NCBI GenBank assembly: GCA_018221175.1
Contig: JAAOYE010000018.1
Coordinates: forward strand, 1 to 38,021
Reading direction: 5' to 3'
Source of the DNA: Candidatus Woesearchaeota archaeon
Lineage (GTDB): Archaea > Nanobdellota > Nanobdellia > Woesearchaeales > BM511
Length of the DNA stretch: 38,021 nucleotides
Part shown: positions 7,600 to 15,265 of the stretch, piece by piece
Layout: the number at the start of each line of letters is the position of its first letter
Position numbering within the stretch: the first letter of the stretch is position 1
The notes under the pieces: model-generated
The model's input: only the letters and a program-made list of their open reading frames with translations
What the model was told of the DNA's origin: nothing
The model's database searches: none
Translations under genes and position numbers: made by a program

Positions 7600-8383
7600 T
7601 ATCTATTATCGCCTCTTTTATTGCATTGTTCCAGCCTTTTGGCCCAATTCCTTTTGCTTTATCATATTTATTGGAAGCATAGCTTTCATCTTTTTTTTGC
7701 ACAATAATTGCTTTGTCAACAATATCAAGCATCTCAAAGTCATTTTTTGAGTCTCCAAGACCTACTGTTAAGACATCTTTGTTCTTCTTATATATATTTG
7801 TTAATATTTTCACTGCTTTTCCCTTATCATTGTTTCCCATGATGTGGTGGTATCTTCCGCCTTTTGTGTGGTTTAGTTTTCTTTTCTTGATTTCTTTTAT
7901 GATGTTTTTTTCGTCTTTTTTATCAATTATCTTGAATGCTTCGTCAAATTCTCTTTTTTTGGCAAGCTTTGCCTGCTTAAGTGTTAGGCCTGTGTCAATA
8001 GAGAGCTCTTTTGCAGGCATCTCGTGAAATCCAAGAATCTTGTATTTTTTCTTTATTTCCCTTAACTTTTTTATTAAATAATTATAATCGGTGCCTAATT
8101 TTATAATAAGGTATTTATCATCATCGGTGTCATAGTCAAACTGGAAGCCAAAGTATCCTTTAGGTATATATACTGCGCTGCCGTTCTCAGAAATAAATGG
8201 GTGCTTGTTTTTTAGCTTTTTGCGATAATATTCGATTTCTGCTCTGTTTTTGCTTGTGCAAAATATTAAAGGGATATCATGTTTTTTTATTAGTTTCAAT
8301 GCTTCCTTTGCGTCTTTAAACGAGTAAGTATCATGGTCTAAAAGAGTGCCGTCAAGGTCAGAAAATATTATTGCCTCTTTCAT
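7589..8383 (-). CDS. HAD-IIB phosphatase of the mannosyl/glucosyl-3-phosphoglycerate phosphatase (MpgP/YedP) family
   Basis: 264 aa with FSDLDGTLL, CTSKNRAEIEYYRKKL, PFISENGSAVYIPKGYF, GNNDKGKAVKIL and GDSKNDFEMLDIVDKAIIV. These blocks match, collinearly, what I recall of the Pyrococcus MpgP sequence. The gene overlaps the downstream GH15 gene by 11 nt. Confidence 0.8.
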   Translation of the reverse strand: MKEAIIFSDLDGTLLDHDTYSFKDAKEALKLIKKHDIPLIFCTSKNRAEIEYYRKKLKNKHPFISENGSAVYIPKGYFGFQFDYDTDDDKYLIIKLGTDYNYLIKKLREIKKKYKILGFHEMPAKELSIDTGLTLKQAKLAKKREFDEAFKIIDKKDEKNIIKEIKKRKLNHTKGGRYHHIMGNNDKGKAVKILTNIYKKNKDVLTVGLGDSKNDFEMLDIVDKAIIVQKKDESYASNKYDKAKGIGPKGWNNAIKEAIIDNAK

Positions 8384-8416
8384 TTATACATTCACTTAAA
8401 AAAATGTTATATAAAT

Positions 8417-9220
8417 TTATCCCTCAAATTCATTAATCATCTTTTTTATTTTCGGCATTGATTTTAGGGCTGCTTTTTTCCCGTGCTTTACAAAAGACTT
8501 GTTCAAAAAGTCATATGCACCCATTATTCCTTTGGTGTATGGCCGGATTATCATCATATTTTTGTCGATGCGCTCATAATTGTGCAATAAAACTTTTTTT
8601 CTCATTATTTCATAAGACTGAAGCAGTGTGCTGATGATTGTGGGTTTTTTCATGCTTGCTTTTGGCTCCATGTGGTGGTCAACGCCAATTATTATGTCAG
8701 CGCCCATTTTTTTGACAACATCTACCGGTGTTGGGTTGACTAGGCCTCCGTCAACAAGCTTTCTTCCCAAAAGCGATGCCGGCTCAAATATGCCTGGGAC
8801 ACTGATGCTTGCCCTAATCGCTTTTGCAATAGGCCCTTTAGATAAAATCACTTCTTCTCCTGTCAAAAGGTCTGTTGCGACTATTTTTAACGGAATCTTT
8901 GTGTTCTTAAAATCTTTGTTCTCGACAAGCATTTTCAAAAATTCAAAAAGTTTATCACCGGATATCAACCCTTTTTTCGGAAGCGAGAAATCAATTAGTT
9001 TGAAAACACCTTTTTTTCCAAGGCCAAGAAGAAACCCCTCAAGACCTTTAATCTCCAGATTAAGGGCATAGTATGCTGCAACAACACTGCCCATGCTTGT
9101 GCCTGCAATATAATCAATAGGTATGTCTTTTTCGATAAAAGCTTCTATCACGCCAATGTGGGAGATGCCTTTTGCACCGCCACCGCCAAGCGCAACTCCA
9201 ATCTTTGGCTTTTTTCCCAT
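8417..9220 (-). CDS. patatin-like phospholipase
   Basis: 267 aa with the GGGGAKG oxyanion motif, the GTSMG nucleophile elbow (GxSxG) and the DGG catalytic Asp motif (VDGGLVNPTP). Confidence 0.9.
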   Translation of the reverse strand: MGKKPKIGVALGGGGAKGISHIGVIEAFIEKDIPIDYIAGTSMGSVVAAYYALNLEIKGLEGFLLGLGKKGVFKLIDFSLPKKGLISGDKLFEFLKMLVENKDFKNTKIPLKIVATDLLTGEEVILSKGPIAKAIRASISVPGIFEPASLLGRKLVDGGLVNPTPVDVVKKMGADIIIGVDHHMEPKASMKKPTIISTLLQSYEIMRKKVLLHNYERIDKNMMIIRPYTKGIMGAYDFLNKSFVKHGKKAALKSMPKIKKMINEFEG

Positions 9221-9447
9221 AATCTTTTTTTAATACCAAAGATATATAAATATTCTTGTTCATTGACGATAAATACATTGGTAAAACGCAATATTTATAA
9301 CTGGGGTCTAAATCCAGCAGGGGTTTTGGGTAAAATAACCACAAAACTGCTTGTAACCATTTTGTAGTTACAATCAGACAAAACTCGAGAATTCAGCTGT
9401 TTTAACGCTTAATTCGTGTGTTTTAGGTTTTTTATCCTCGTTGATTT

Positions 9448-9463
9448 GCGAAACATTTATAAA
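9448..9463 (+). promoter_or_regulatory. candidate BRE (GCGAAA) + TATA box (TTTATAAA) for the S-layer gene
   Basis: GCGAAACATTTATAAA read directly. It lies about 160 nt upstream of the 9625 start, implying a long 5' leader. Identical 10-bp inverted repeats (9422-9431 and 9466-9475) flank it. Confidence 0.4.
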
Positions 9464-9624
9464 GCAAAACCTAAATCAATAGGGTTACGCAGTAGAATTT
9501 ACAGTGAACTATGGACTTTAATGCATAGCGATGACGAAGACAACAGAAAGAAAACATTGGCAAAGACCAAAAAGGTTTTTGCACATACACTCATTAAAGA
9601 GTAAACATGGAGGTGTTTGACCAA

Positions 9625-11697
9625 ATGAGAATAAGGCAAACAATAAAAAAAGCAGTCGCCTTAGGAACAGGTGCACTAATGCTTGGAGCAACCCTACTCG
9701 GAGCATCAGCAGCTAACTTAAGCGACTACCCAGGACTATTTTTGGATGGCGGAAAAGTCACTGCCAAACTAGTTGTTGGGGAAAAAGCCGCAACAATTGA
9801 CGTTGTAGGCGGCATAGACATCGCAGCAGACTTGCAAGCAGCAGCTGTAAGCAAGGAATCTGTGACTGTGACAGGAAGCGGAATCACTGTGTCAGGCGGC
9901 AAAACCAAAGAAATCGTTCTTGGCGCAGCACTAACTGACTTCGGGACTCTGGACGATGGAGATGTTGCATCATTAAAAGATGAGAAAATCTCATGGAATG
10001 ATGAAGACGTTGACATCGAAGAGACAATTAATGTGGACGGCGTGTCTGTTTTTATATCTGTTGATGACGCAGACTTTGGTTCAAATCCAGTACTGGGCAC
10101 AACTGCCAAAGATGGTATCCAATATAGATACAAGCTTGATGACTCAGACCTTGACACCGCATTAGTGACTTCTGACGAACCTTTGAAAATTGAATTTCTA
10201 GGTAAGTCAATGGAAATTGAAGAAGTAACCAATGCAGCAACAGACACAATGAAGATAACTATTGCTAATGAGTATTACTTAAACATTGGCGACAGCATTG
10301 AGTCAGAAGGCAAAACTGTTAAGCTTGTCAACATTGGTACAGACAAGGCAGTTATTGATGTTGATGGAGAAATCGAAACCATTGCAGAAAATAGCGAAGA
10401 AAAAGTCAACGGCGTAACAGTACAAGTTGAAAGTGTCTTCTATGTTGATGAAAAAGAAGACAGAGCAGCAACACTAAAAGTCGGCGACAAAATAACAGAA
10501 ACAGTGAAATCTGGCGACTCAATGGAGCTATTCGGTGAACCGTCAAAAGAATCAGACGCAGAATGGGTATGGTATGTGGCTGTTGGTGCAAGTAACACTA
10601 GCCTAGATGTAGGTGCGGACTTTAACCAAAAGTATGATTCAGATACAGAGCCAGTTAAAGGCGTTGGCGAAGCATACACACTGCCAAACGACTATGCTCA
10701 ATTATACATCGACAGCATGACAGCAAAGGCAGATGTTGGACTCAAGTTTGAGTTTGATGACGCTGTGACAGTTGATGAGGATGATAGTGGTACAGCAATT
10801 TCAACACTTGATGACCAAAAAGTGCTGATGATAACAGCTGACGACGAAATCCTAAAAGTTAACCTGACAGGAACATTGGAAGAAACAGACACAGTGTACT
10901 TACTTGAAAATGCAACAGACAGTTCAATCTTACTTGCATTTGAAAATAGCGATGATGATGTCCAATTGGCAACAGGAACATACTTTGTAGTTGACTACGA
11001 TGCAACGGACATCACAATTAGTTTCGCAACTGGTGTTAACTCTTCAAAAGCAGCAGATGTCAATCTGACAGGCGACGTTGATGTAGCAGGAACCGGTTGG
11101 ATTCAATTAGATGCCAACATTGCACAAGGATTCTTTGGAACCAAAGATGAATATGAGTCAGGTCTTGATTTCCAAAGCTCATTTTCAGGCATGGACAAAG
11201 ATGAAGACTACCTAACAGACTATGGTATCATTATCGGCGCAATTGAAGACGGAATGGACAGCGACGAGTTCTTCCTGACACTTCCAGATGAAGATATCAA
11301 AGCAAACGTTGTTGTTGTAGGTAAAGGTGGAGCAGTTGAAGGTTCAGCAGGCGCAGTCACAACAGACAAAGTAAACCCAGTAGGCGTAGACTTTGGAGTT
11401 TTAGACAGCGATGCACCAGCAGCTGGAACAACCAACCTAATCGTTGTAGGCGGGCCATGTGTTAACACAGAAGCCGCAAGGCTTATGGGCAACCCAGCAA
11501 ACTGTGCTGAAGGATTTGCAGAGGGCGAAGCTAAACTCGCACTCTTTGATGACGACGGCAAAGTTGCGCTGCTAGTAGCAGGTTACACAGGACAAGACAC
11601 ACTTGGAGCTGTAAGAGCTTTACTAACAGAAGACTTGCCAGCAAAAAGCGACGCTAAGGTTATAACAACCAACTACAAAACACCATCAGTTGAGTAA
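9625..11697 (+). CDS. S-layer protein (Methanococcales-type N- and C-terminal regions)
   Basis: Signal peptide MRIRQTIKKAVALGTGALMLGATLLGASAANLSDYP, an acidic T/D/V-rich body, and a C-terminal NLIVVGGPCVNTEAARL...VALLVAGYTGQDTLGAVRAL resembling the Methanococcus S-layer C-terminus. GGAGGTG at 9609-9615 favours the ATG at 9625 over the ORF-track ATG at 9607. Confidence 0.8.
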   Translation: MRIRQTIKKAVALGTGALMLGATLLGASAANLSDYPGLFLDGGKVTAKLVVGEKAATIDVVGGIDIAADLQAAAVSKESVTVTGSGITVSGGKTKEIVLGAALTDFGTLDDGDVASLKDEKISWNDEDVDIEETINVDGVSVFISVDDADFGSNPVLGTTAKDGIQYRYKLDDSDLDTALVTSDEPLKIEFLGKSMEIEEVTNAATDTMKITIANEYYLNIGDSIESEGKTVKLVNIGTDKAVIDVDGEIETIAENSEEKVNGVTVQVESVFYVDEKEDRAATLKVGDKITETVKSGDSMELFGEPSKESDAEWVWYVAVGASNTSLDVGADFNQKYDSDTEPVKGVGEAYTLPNDYAQLYIDSMTAKADVGLKFEFDDAVTVDEDDSGTAISTLDDQKVLMITADDEILKVNLTGTLEETDTVYLLENATDSSILLAFENSDDDVQLATGTYFVVDYDATDITISFATGVNSSKAADVNLTGDVDVAGTGWIQLDANIAQGFFGTKDEYESGLDFQSSFSGMDKDEDYLTDYGIIIGAIEDGMDSDEFFLTLPDEDIKANVVVVGKGGAVEGSAGAVTTDKVNPVGVDFGVLDSDAPAAGTTNLIVVGGPCVNTEAARLMGNPANCAEGFAEGEAKLALFDDDGKVALLVAGYTGQDTLGAVRALLTEDLPAKSDAKVITTNYKTPSVE

Positions 11698-11706
11698 ATC
11701 AACTGA

Positions 11707-11730
11707 TTTTTCTTTTTTTCTTTTTTTCTT
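11707..11730 (+). terminator. oligo-T tract (archaeal-type terminator) after the S-layer gene
   Basis: TTTTTCTTTTTTTCTTTTTTTCTT begins 10 nt after the TAA stop. Archaeal RNA polymerase terminates at T-runs. Confidence 0.45.
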
Positions 11731-11796
11731 CTAATTTGTTTTAACAAAAGAGTTTTTAGAGAAATCTTTTTATACTCATAAAGAATTTTATCTATT

Positions 11797-12624
11797 ATGA
11801 AATCAAAAATTTTATTCTCAATAATATTAATTGCGGCAGTTGTTTTTTTAGTTTCCTGCACGCCATCACAAGCCCCAATCACTGAAAAAGATGCTGATGT
11901 GGGCATAACAGAAGAGATACAAGAAGTGGTTGTTGTTGAACAAACAACACAAGAAGCAGCAACAGACGAGGGTTTTGACACATCAAAAGAAAAAACTTAT
12001 GAAACTGGCTGCTATGACAGCGAAGGAGGCATATTCTACGAGAAAAGAGGGTATATAATAGACGCAAAAGGCGAAAGATTCGAAGATGAATGCCTCACTG
12101 AATTCACACTTAATGATGTAAGATGCGGCCTTGTGGGCTACAAAGACGAAAATGTCATCACATGCGACTATAAATGCCTAAACGGGGAATGTATCGAGGG
12201 AGAAGAGGAAGCTCCAAAAACATGTGTTGACAGCGATTTTAAAGACTACAGCACAAAAGGAACAGTGACATACCAAGGCAAAACAACCACAGATTACTGC
12301 GGCGAAAAACCAAACATGCTAATGGAACAATTATGCAGTGCTGTTGGAATACCAACAAAAGAAGAAAAATACTGCAGCAACGGGTGTGCTGATGGAGCAT
12401 GCATAGAAATCACAGTAATAGAAGAAAAAGACTGCATCGACTCAGACATTGGACCAGACAAAGAGTTTATCAAAGGATATGTTACAGACAAAAAAAGTAC
12501 AGTCTATGATGAGTGCATAAACGCAAACACAGTAAAAGAATACAGGTGCAACACAATAGGCTACAGAGACTCAAACAACTATGACTGTGAAAACGGCTGC
12601 GAAGACGGAGCATGCATAAGATAA
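11797..12624 (+). CDS. secreted lipoprotein built from three ~62-aa six-cysteine repeats
   Basis: Signal peptide with lipobox (FLVSC, Cys21) and an acidic linker. Three repeats follow (nt 12010-12198, 12223-12408, 12433-12621), each C-x(24-26)-C-x(10-11)-C-x12-C-x3-C-x4-C, starting CxDS[DE] and ending NG/DG-x-CI. Confidence 0.7.
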   Translation: MKSKILFSIILIAAVVFLVSCTPSQAPITEKDADVGITEEIQEVVVVEQTTQEAATDEGFDTSKEKTYETGCYDSEGGIFYEKRGYIIDAKGERFEDECLTEFTLNDVRCGLVGYKDENVITCDYKCLNGECIEGEEEAPKTCVDSDFKDYSTKGTVTYQGKTTTDYCGEKPNMLMEQLCSAVGIPTKEEKYCSNGCADGACIEITVIEEKDCIDSDIGPDKEFIKGYVTDKKSTVYDECINANTVKEYRCNTIGYRDSNNYDCENGCEDGACIR

Positions 12625-13818
12625 TTACATTAAAACCCCGCTAAATATGTTGTGCTTTTGGCGGGTTATTTTTATTTTTACTCTTGAATTTGTTTTTTTG
12701 TCACAGTTGTATAAAGAAATAGTCCTATTCTGGCTTACTGCCAGCATTTCACCAGGCAGCCTCCCGCAACAGATAATTATAGCGTCGATAACCTCTCCTT
12801 TTTTGAAAGGCTTTGCTAAAGCAATATCTTTTTTAATATCAAAATCATCTGCACAAAGAATGAGCTTTTTATCATGCTTTTTTTCAAGAGCTTTTAGTTT
12901 TTCAAAGAATTTATCCATGTGCAGTTCTTTCACAGGCTTTTTCCCAAATTTATAGTAAAGAAAGTTTTGAATGCCGATATCGGCGTTTAAGCTTTTTGCA
13001 AAAACAACGATGTCTTCAATATCATCATCATTAACACCACACATCCAAACAGGCGCAATTGTCAAATCCACTTTCTTACTTGATATATACTCTGCGATTC
13101 TTTTTGCGTGCTCTACAGAAAATCCGCCGCCAGCAATCTTTTTGGCGAGTTTTGGATCAAGGCTGTTTATAGACAGATTAAAGCGAGTCATGCCAGCATC
13201 AATGAGTTTATCAACGATTCTCGGTGTTAATAAAGTGGTGTTTGTGTTCATAGAAATCTTTTTCACACCTTTTATCTTTTTCATATCTCTTACAAATTCA
13301 ATTAATGGAGAATATAATAAAGGCTCTCCATGGCATCCAATGTGGACTTCAACATCATGTTTTTTTATCTCAATGACTTTTCTTAGTTCTTCGATTAAAT
13401 AGTCTTTTTCAATGACAAAGTCAATATCTCTCTTGTTTTGGTCAACACTGCAATAAACACAGTTAAGATTGCACCCGCAAATCATCTTTATCTCGACAAG
13501 GCTTGTTCCTCTATCCACAATACCAAAAGATGAATTGCCAATAAGCGGGATTCCGCTCCCTTTGTGTATATATACTGCTTTTGAACCGGTGATGCCGCTT
13601 TTAAGGTCGCGCTCTAATCCTTTGTCTATTAAATCATAGAACTTATTTGCGCGCTTCTTATTTGCGTCAAAGTCTATAAAGTTTTTATTCAGCTTAAATT
13701 TCCCGATTTTTTCTAACTTTGACTTGTCAATAAAAAAATGAAAGTGCTTTAAAAAAACAACTTTAACCCTATCCTTTTCGTCGATAAACATCAGGTCTTT
13801 AAACTCCAGTTTTGCCAT
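12625..13818 (-). CDS. radical SAM protein (archaeal COG2100-like)
   Basis: 397 aa with CGCNLNCVYCS (CxxxCxxC) around residue 115, a TIM-barrel-like middle and a small C-terminal beta domain (GEVIDAIIICCGRLPGEMLAV...IKITRQKHNIFSGVLM). Confidence 0.8.
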   Translation of the reverse strand: MAKLEFKDLMFIDEKDRVKVVFLKHFHFFIDKSKLEKIGKFKLNKNFIDFDANKKRANKFYDLIDKGLERDLKSGITGSKAVYIHKGSGIPLIGNSSFGIVDRGTSLVEIKMICGCNLNCVYCSVDQNKRDIDFVIEKDYLIEELRKVIEIKKHDVEVHIGCHGEPLLYSPLIEFVRDMKKIKGVKKISMNTNTTLLTPRIVDKLIDAGMTRFNLSINSLDPKLAKKIAGGGFSVEHAKRIAEYISSKKVDLTIAPVWMCGVNDDDIEDIVVFAKSLNADIGIQNFLYYKFGKKPVKELHMDKFFEKLKALEKKHDKKLILCADDFDIKKDIALAKPFKKGEVIDAIIICCGRLPGEMLAVSQNRTISLYNCDKKTNSRVKIKITRQKHNIFSGVLM

Positions 13819-13840
13819 GTTCTTTAGAATTACAATAATC

Positions 13841-13848
13841 TTTATAAA
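13841..13848. promoter_or_regulatory. single palindromic TATA box (TTTATAAA) shared by divergent genes
   Basis: It sits in the 55-bp spacer, 22 nt from the minus-strand ATG (13818) and 25 nt from the plus-strand ATG (13874). Confidence 0.4.
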
Positions 13849-13873
13849 TAATTGTTTTTACTAAAAAATTACT

Positions 13874-14569
13874 ATGACAGAGGATGAAGATAACACAATA
13901 AACATCACATACGAAACACTGTTTGAACTGCTTAGACGCGAAAAGAACAGGGAGGAAATGCAAAAACTCCAGGATAATTTCTATGAGGACGTAGTCTCAT
14001 ATCTTGCCGAGAAAAAAAAGGTGTTTTTGCCTGAATCAAAAGATTTGTTTAGCGACGATGAAAGGGAAAAAACATTAAAACAGATCCAAAACACGAAAAG
14101 AATAATACAGGATCTTTTTGAGCGGCGCGAGAAAAAAATCATTGTAATGGCACTTAACAAAGTCAGAACAGAGTCCTCGCTAACAGACACATCGCCTCTG
14201 CTTAATTCTGAGAAAGCATATTTTGAGAAAATGGTTGAATTATTCTCAAGCAACAGGCAAGGAATTCTTAATAATATTTTAAATGGCGATTCGCCTGAGT
14301 TTAAACCGACGCCAAGAAAAGAAGAGTCATCAGCTGCAAAAAAAGAGGAGGTGGAGCAACCATTAGAAGCACAAAGCAGTGAATTTGCAAGTGTCCCTAA
14401 ACCAAAATCAAAAAAGACAGTCAGATTCATAGGCCAGGTTCCTAAATTTGTAGGCAAAGAACTTGAGGTATACGGCCCGTTTAACCCTGACGACATGGCA
14501 AGCCTTCCTGCAGACATAGCAAACGTTCTAATAAAGAAGAAAAGAGCAGAAGAAGTAAATGTGGAATAG
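13874..14569 (+). CDS. GINS complex subunit, Gins51 (Gins15)-like
   Basis: 231 aa. The N-terminal helical A-domain has ITYETLFELLRREKNREEMQKLQDNFYEDVVSYL. After an acidic linker, the C-terminal B-domain reads VRFIGQVPKFVGKELEVYGPFNPDDMASLPADIANVLIKKKRAEEV, matching the archaeal Gins51 pattern. Confidence 0.7.
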   Translation: MTEDEDNTINITYETLFELLRREKNREEMQKLQDNFYEDVVSYLAEKKKVFLPESKDLFSDDEREKTLKQIQNTKRIIQDLFERREKKIIVMALNKVRTESSLTDTSPLLNSEKAYFEKMVELFSSNRQGILNNILNGDSPEFKPTPRKEESSAAKKEEVEQPLEAQSSEFASVPKPKSKKTVRFIGQVPKFVGKELEVYGPFNPDDMASLPADIANVLIKKKRAEEVNVE

Positions 14570-14625
14570 GGTAAACTTAAAAAATTAAAAATTTTTATGG
14601 CTTTGAATTTTTCAAATTCAAAACT

Positions 14626-14633
14626 TTTATAAA
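14626..14633 (+). promoter_or_regulatory. TATA box (TTTATAAA) for the L44e operon
   Basis: It lies 25 nt upstream of the ATG at 14659 and is preceded by an 8-bp-stem inverted repeat TTGAATTT-TTC-AAATTCAA (14603-14621). Confidence 0.4.
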
Positions 14634-14658
14634 CAAACCACTTTTTCTAGTGGGTATT

Positions 14659-14970
14659 ATGAAAGTGCCTAAACAAATGAAAAGATACTGCCCAAAATGC
14701 AAGGCGCACACAGAGCAAAAAGTAGCGCAAGCAAAAAGAAGAACACCAGGATCAAAGCACCCTCTGGCAAGATCTGCAAAGAAAAGAGCAGGATTTGGAA
14801 AAGGATACGGAAATCTGGGCAAACTGGGTTCAAAGCCGGCGATTGGAAAGTTTAAGATGACAGGAGCAAAGACATCCAAAAAAACAGACTTTAGATATCA
14901 ATGCTTGGTATGCAAAAAAACAACGGTTCAGTCATCAGGCAAAAGAGCAAAAAAAGTAGAGTTTGTATAA
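14659..14970 (+). CDS. rpl44e: 50S ribosomal protein L44e (eL42)
   Basis: MKVPKQMKRYCPKCKAHTEQKV...YQCLVCKKT four-Cys zinc ribbon in a highly basic protein. The ATG at 14659 is preferred over the GTG at 14650. Confidence 0.9.
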   Translation: MKVPKQMKRYCPKCKAHTEQKVAQAKRRTPGSKHPLARSAKKRAGFGKGYGNLGKLGSKPAIGKFKMTGAKTSKKTDFRYQCLVCKKTTVQSSGKRAKKVEFV

Positions 14971-15082
14971 AGACAAAACATAACGAAACTAACACTTCGA
15001 ATCTTTTGCATTGTTATACAAAACATTTTTAAATTCACCCTTATTTCTAAGAGCATTCTAATTATCGAGGAGGAGATAAATT

Positions 15083-15265
15083 ATGGAATTAAAAGAACCA
15101 ACTTCAAAATTCATCAAAACAAGATGCCCAAAATGCAAAAATGAGCAGATAATCTTTGGAAAAACAGCCACAGATGTCGAATGTCTAGTTTGCCAAAAAG
15201 TATTAGCGTCGCCAACAGGCGGCAAATCCAAAGTAAAGAGCAGAATTTTAGAGGTACTTGAATAA
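15083..15265 (+). CDS. rps27e: 30S ribosomal protein S27e (eS27)
   Basis: 60 aa with a CPKC...CLVC zinc ribbon (FIKTRCPKCKNEQIIFGKTATDVECLVCQKVLASPTGGK). GAGGAGG SD lies 7-8 nt upstream. Confidence 0.9.
   Translation: MELKEPTSKFIKTRCPKCKNEQIIFGKTATDVECLVCQKVLASPTGGKSKVKSRILEVLE

Noticed and set aside
8417-9220. The patatin-like phospholipase as the effector of a CBASS-type or other anti-phage defence system.
   Set aside because: No cyclase/nucleotidyltransferase, sensor or other defence-type partner lies adjacent. Its neighbours are a sugar-phosphate phosphatase and the S-layer gene, so a housekeeping lipid-turnover role is more parsimonious.
9625-11697. The strongly acidic S-layer protein as evidence for a halophilic, salt-in organism.
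   Set aside because: The cytoplasmic proteins in the window (SRP54, aIF2-alpha, PGI, GTs and others) are lysine-rich rather than acidic. Acidity is confined to the surface protein and to disordered linkers.
11797-13818. The radical SAM gene plus the Cys-rich protein as a RiPP or maturase-substrate pair.
   Set aside because: The genes are convergent rather than co-transcribed. The Cys-rich protein has a lipoprotein signal peptide and a large repeat architecture, unlike a precursor peptide. The radical SAM protein looks like the widespread archaeal COG2100-type family.
14990-15010. A TTCGAATC string resembling a tRNA T-loop in the L44e-S27e spacer.
   Set aside because: No complementary T-stem, acceptor stem or anticodon arm can be drawn around it. 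I found no other tRNA-like GC-rich cloverleaf segment in the window.
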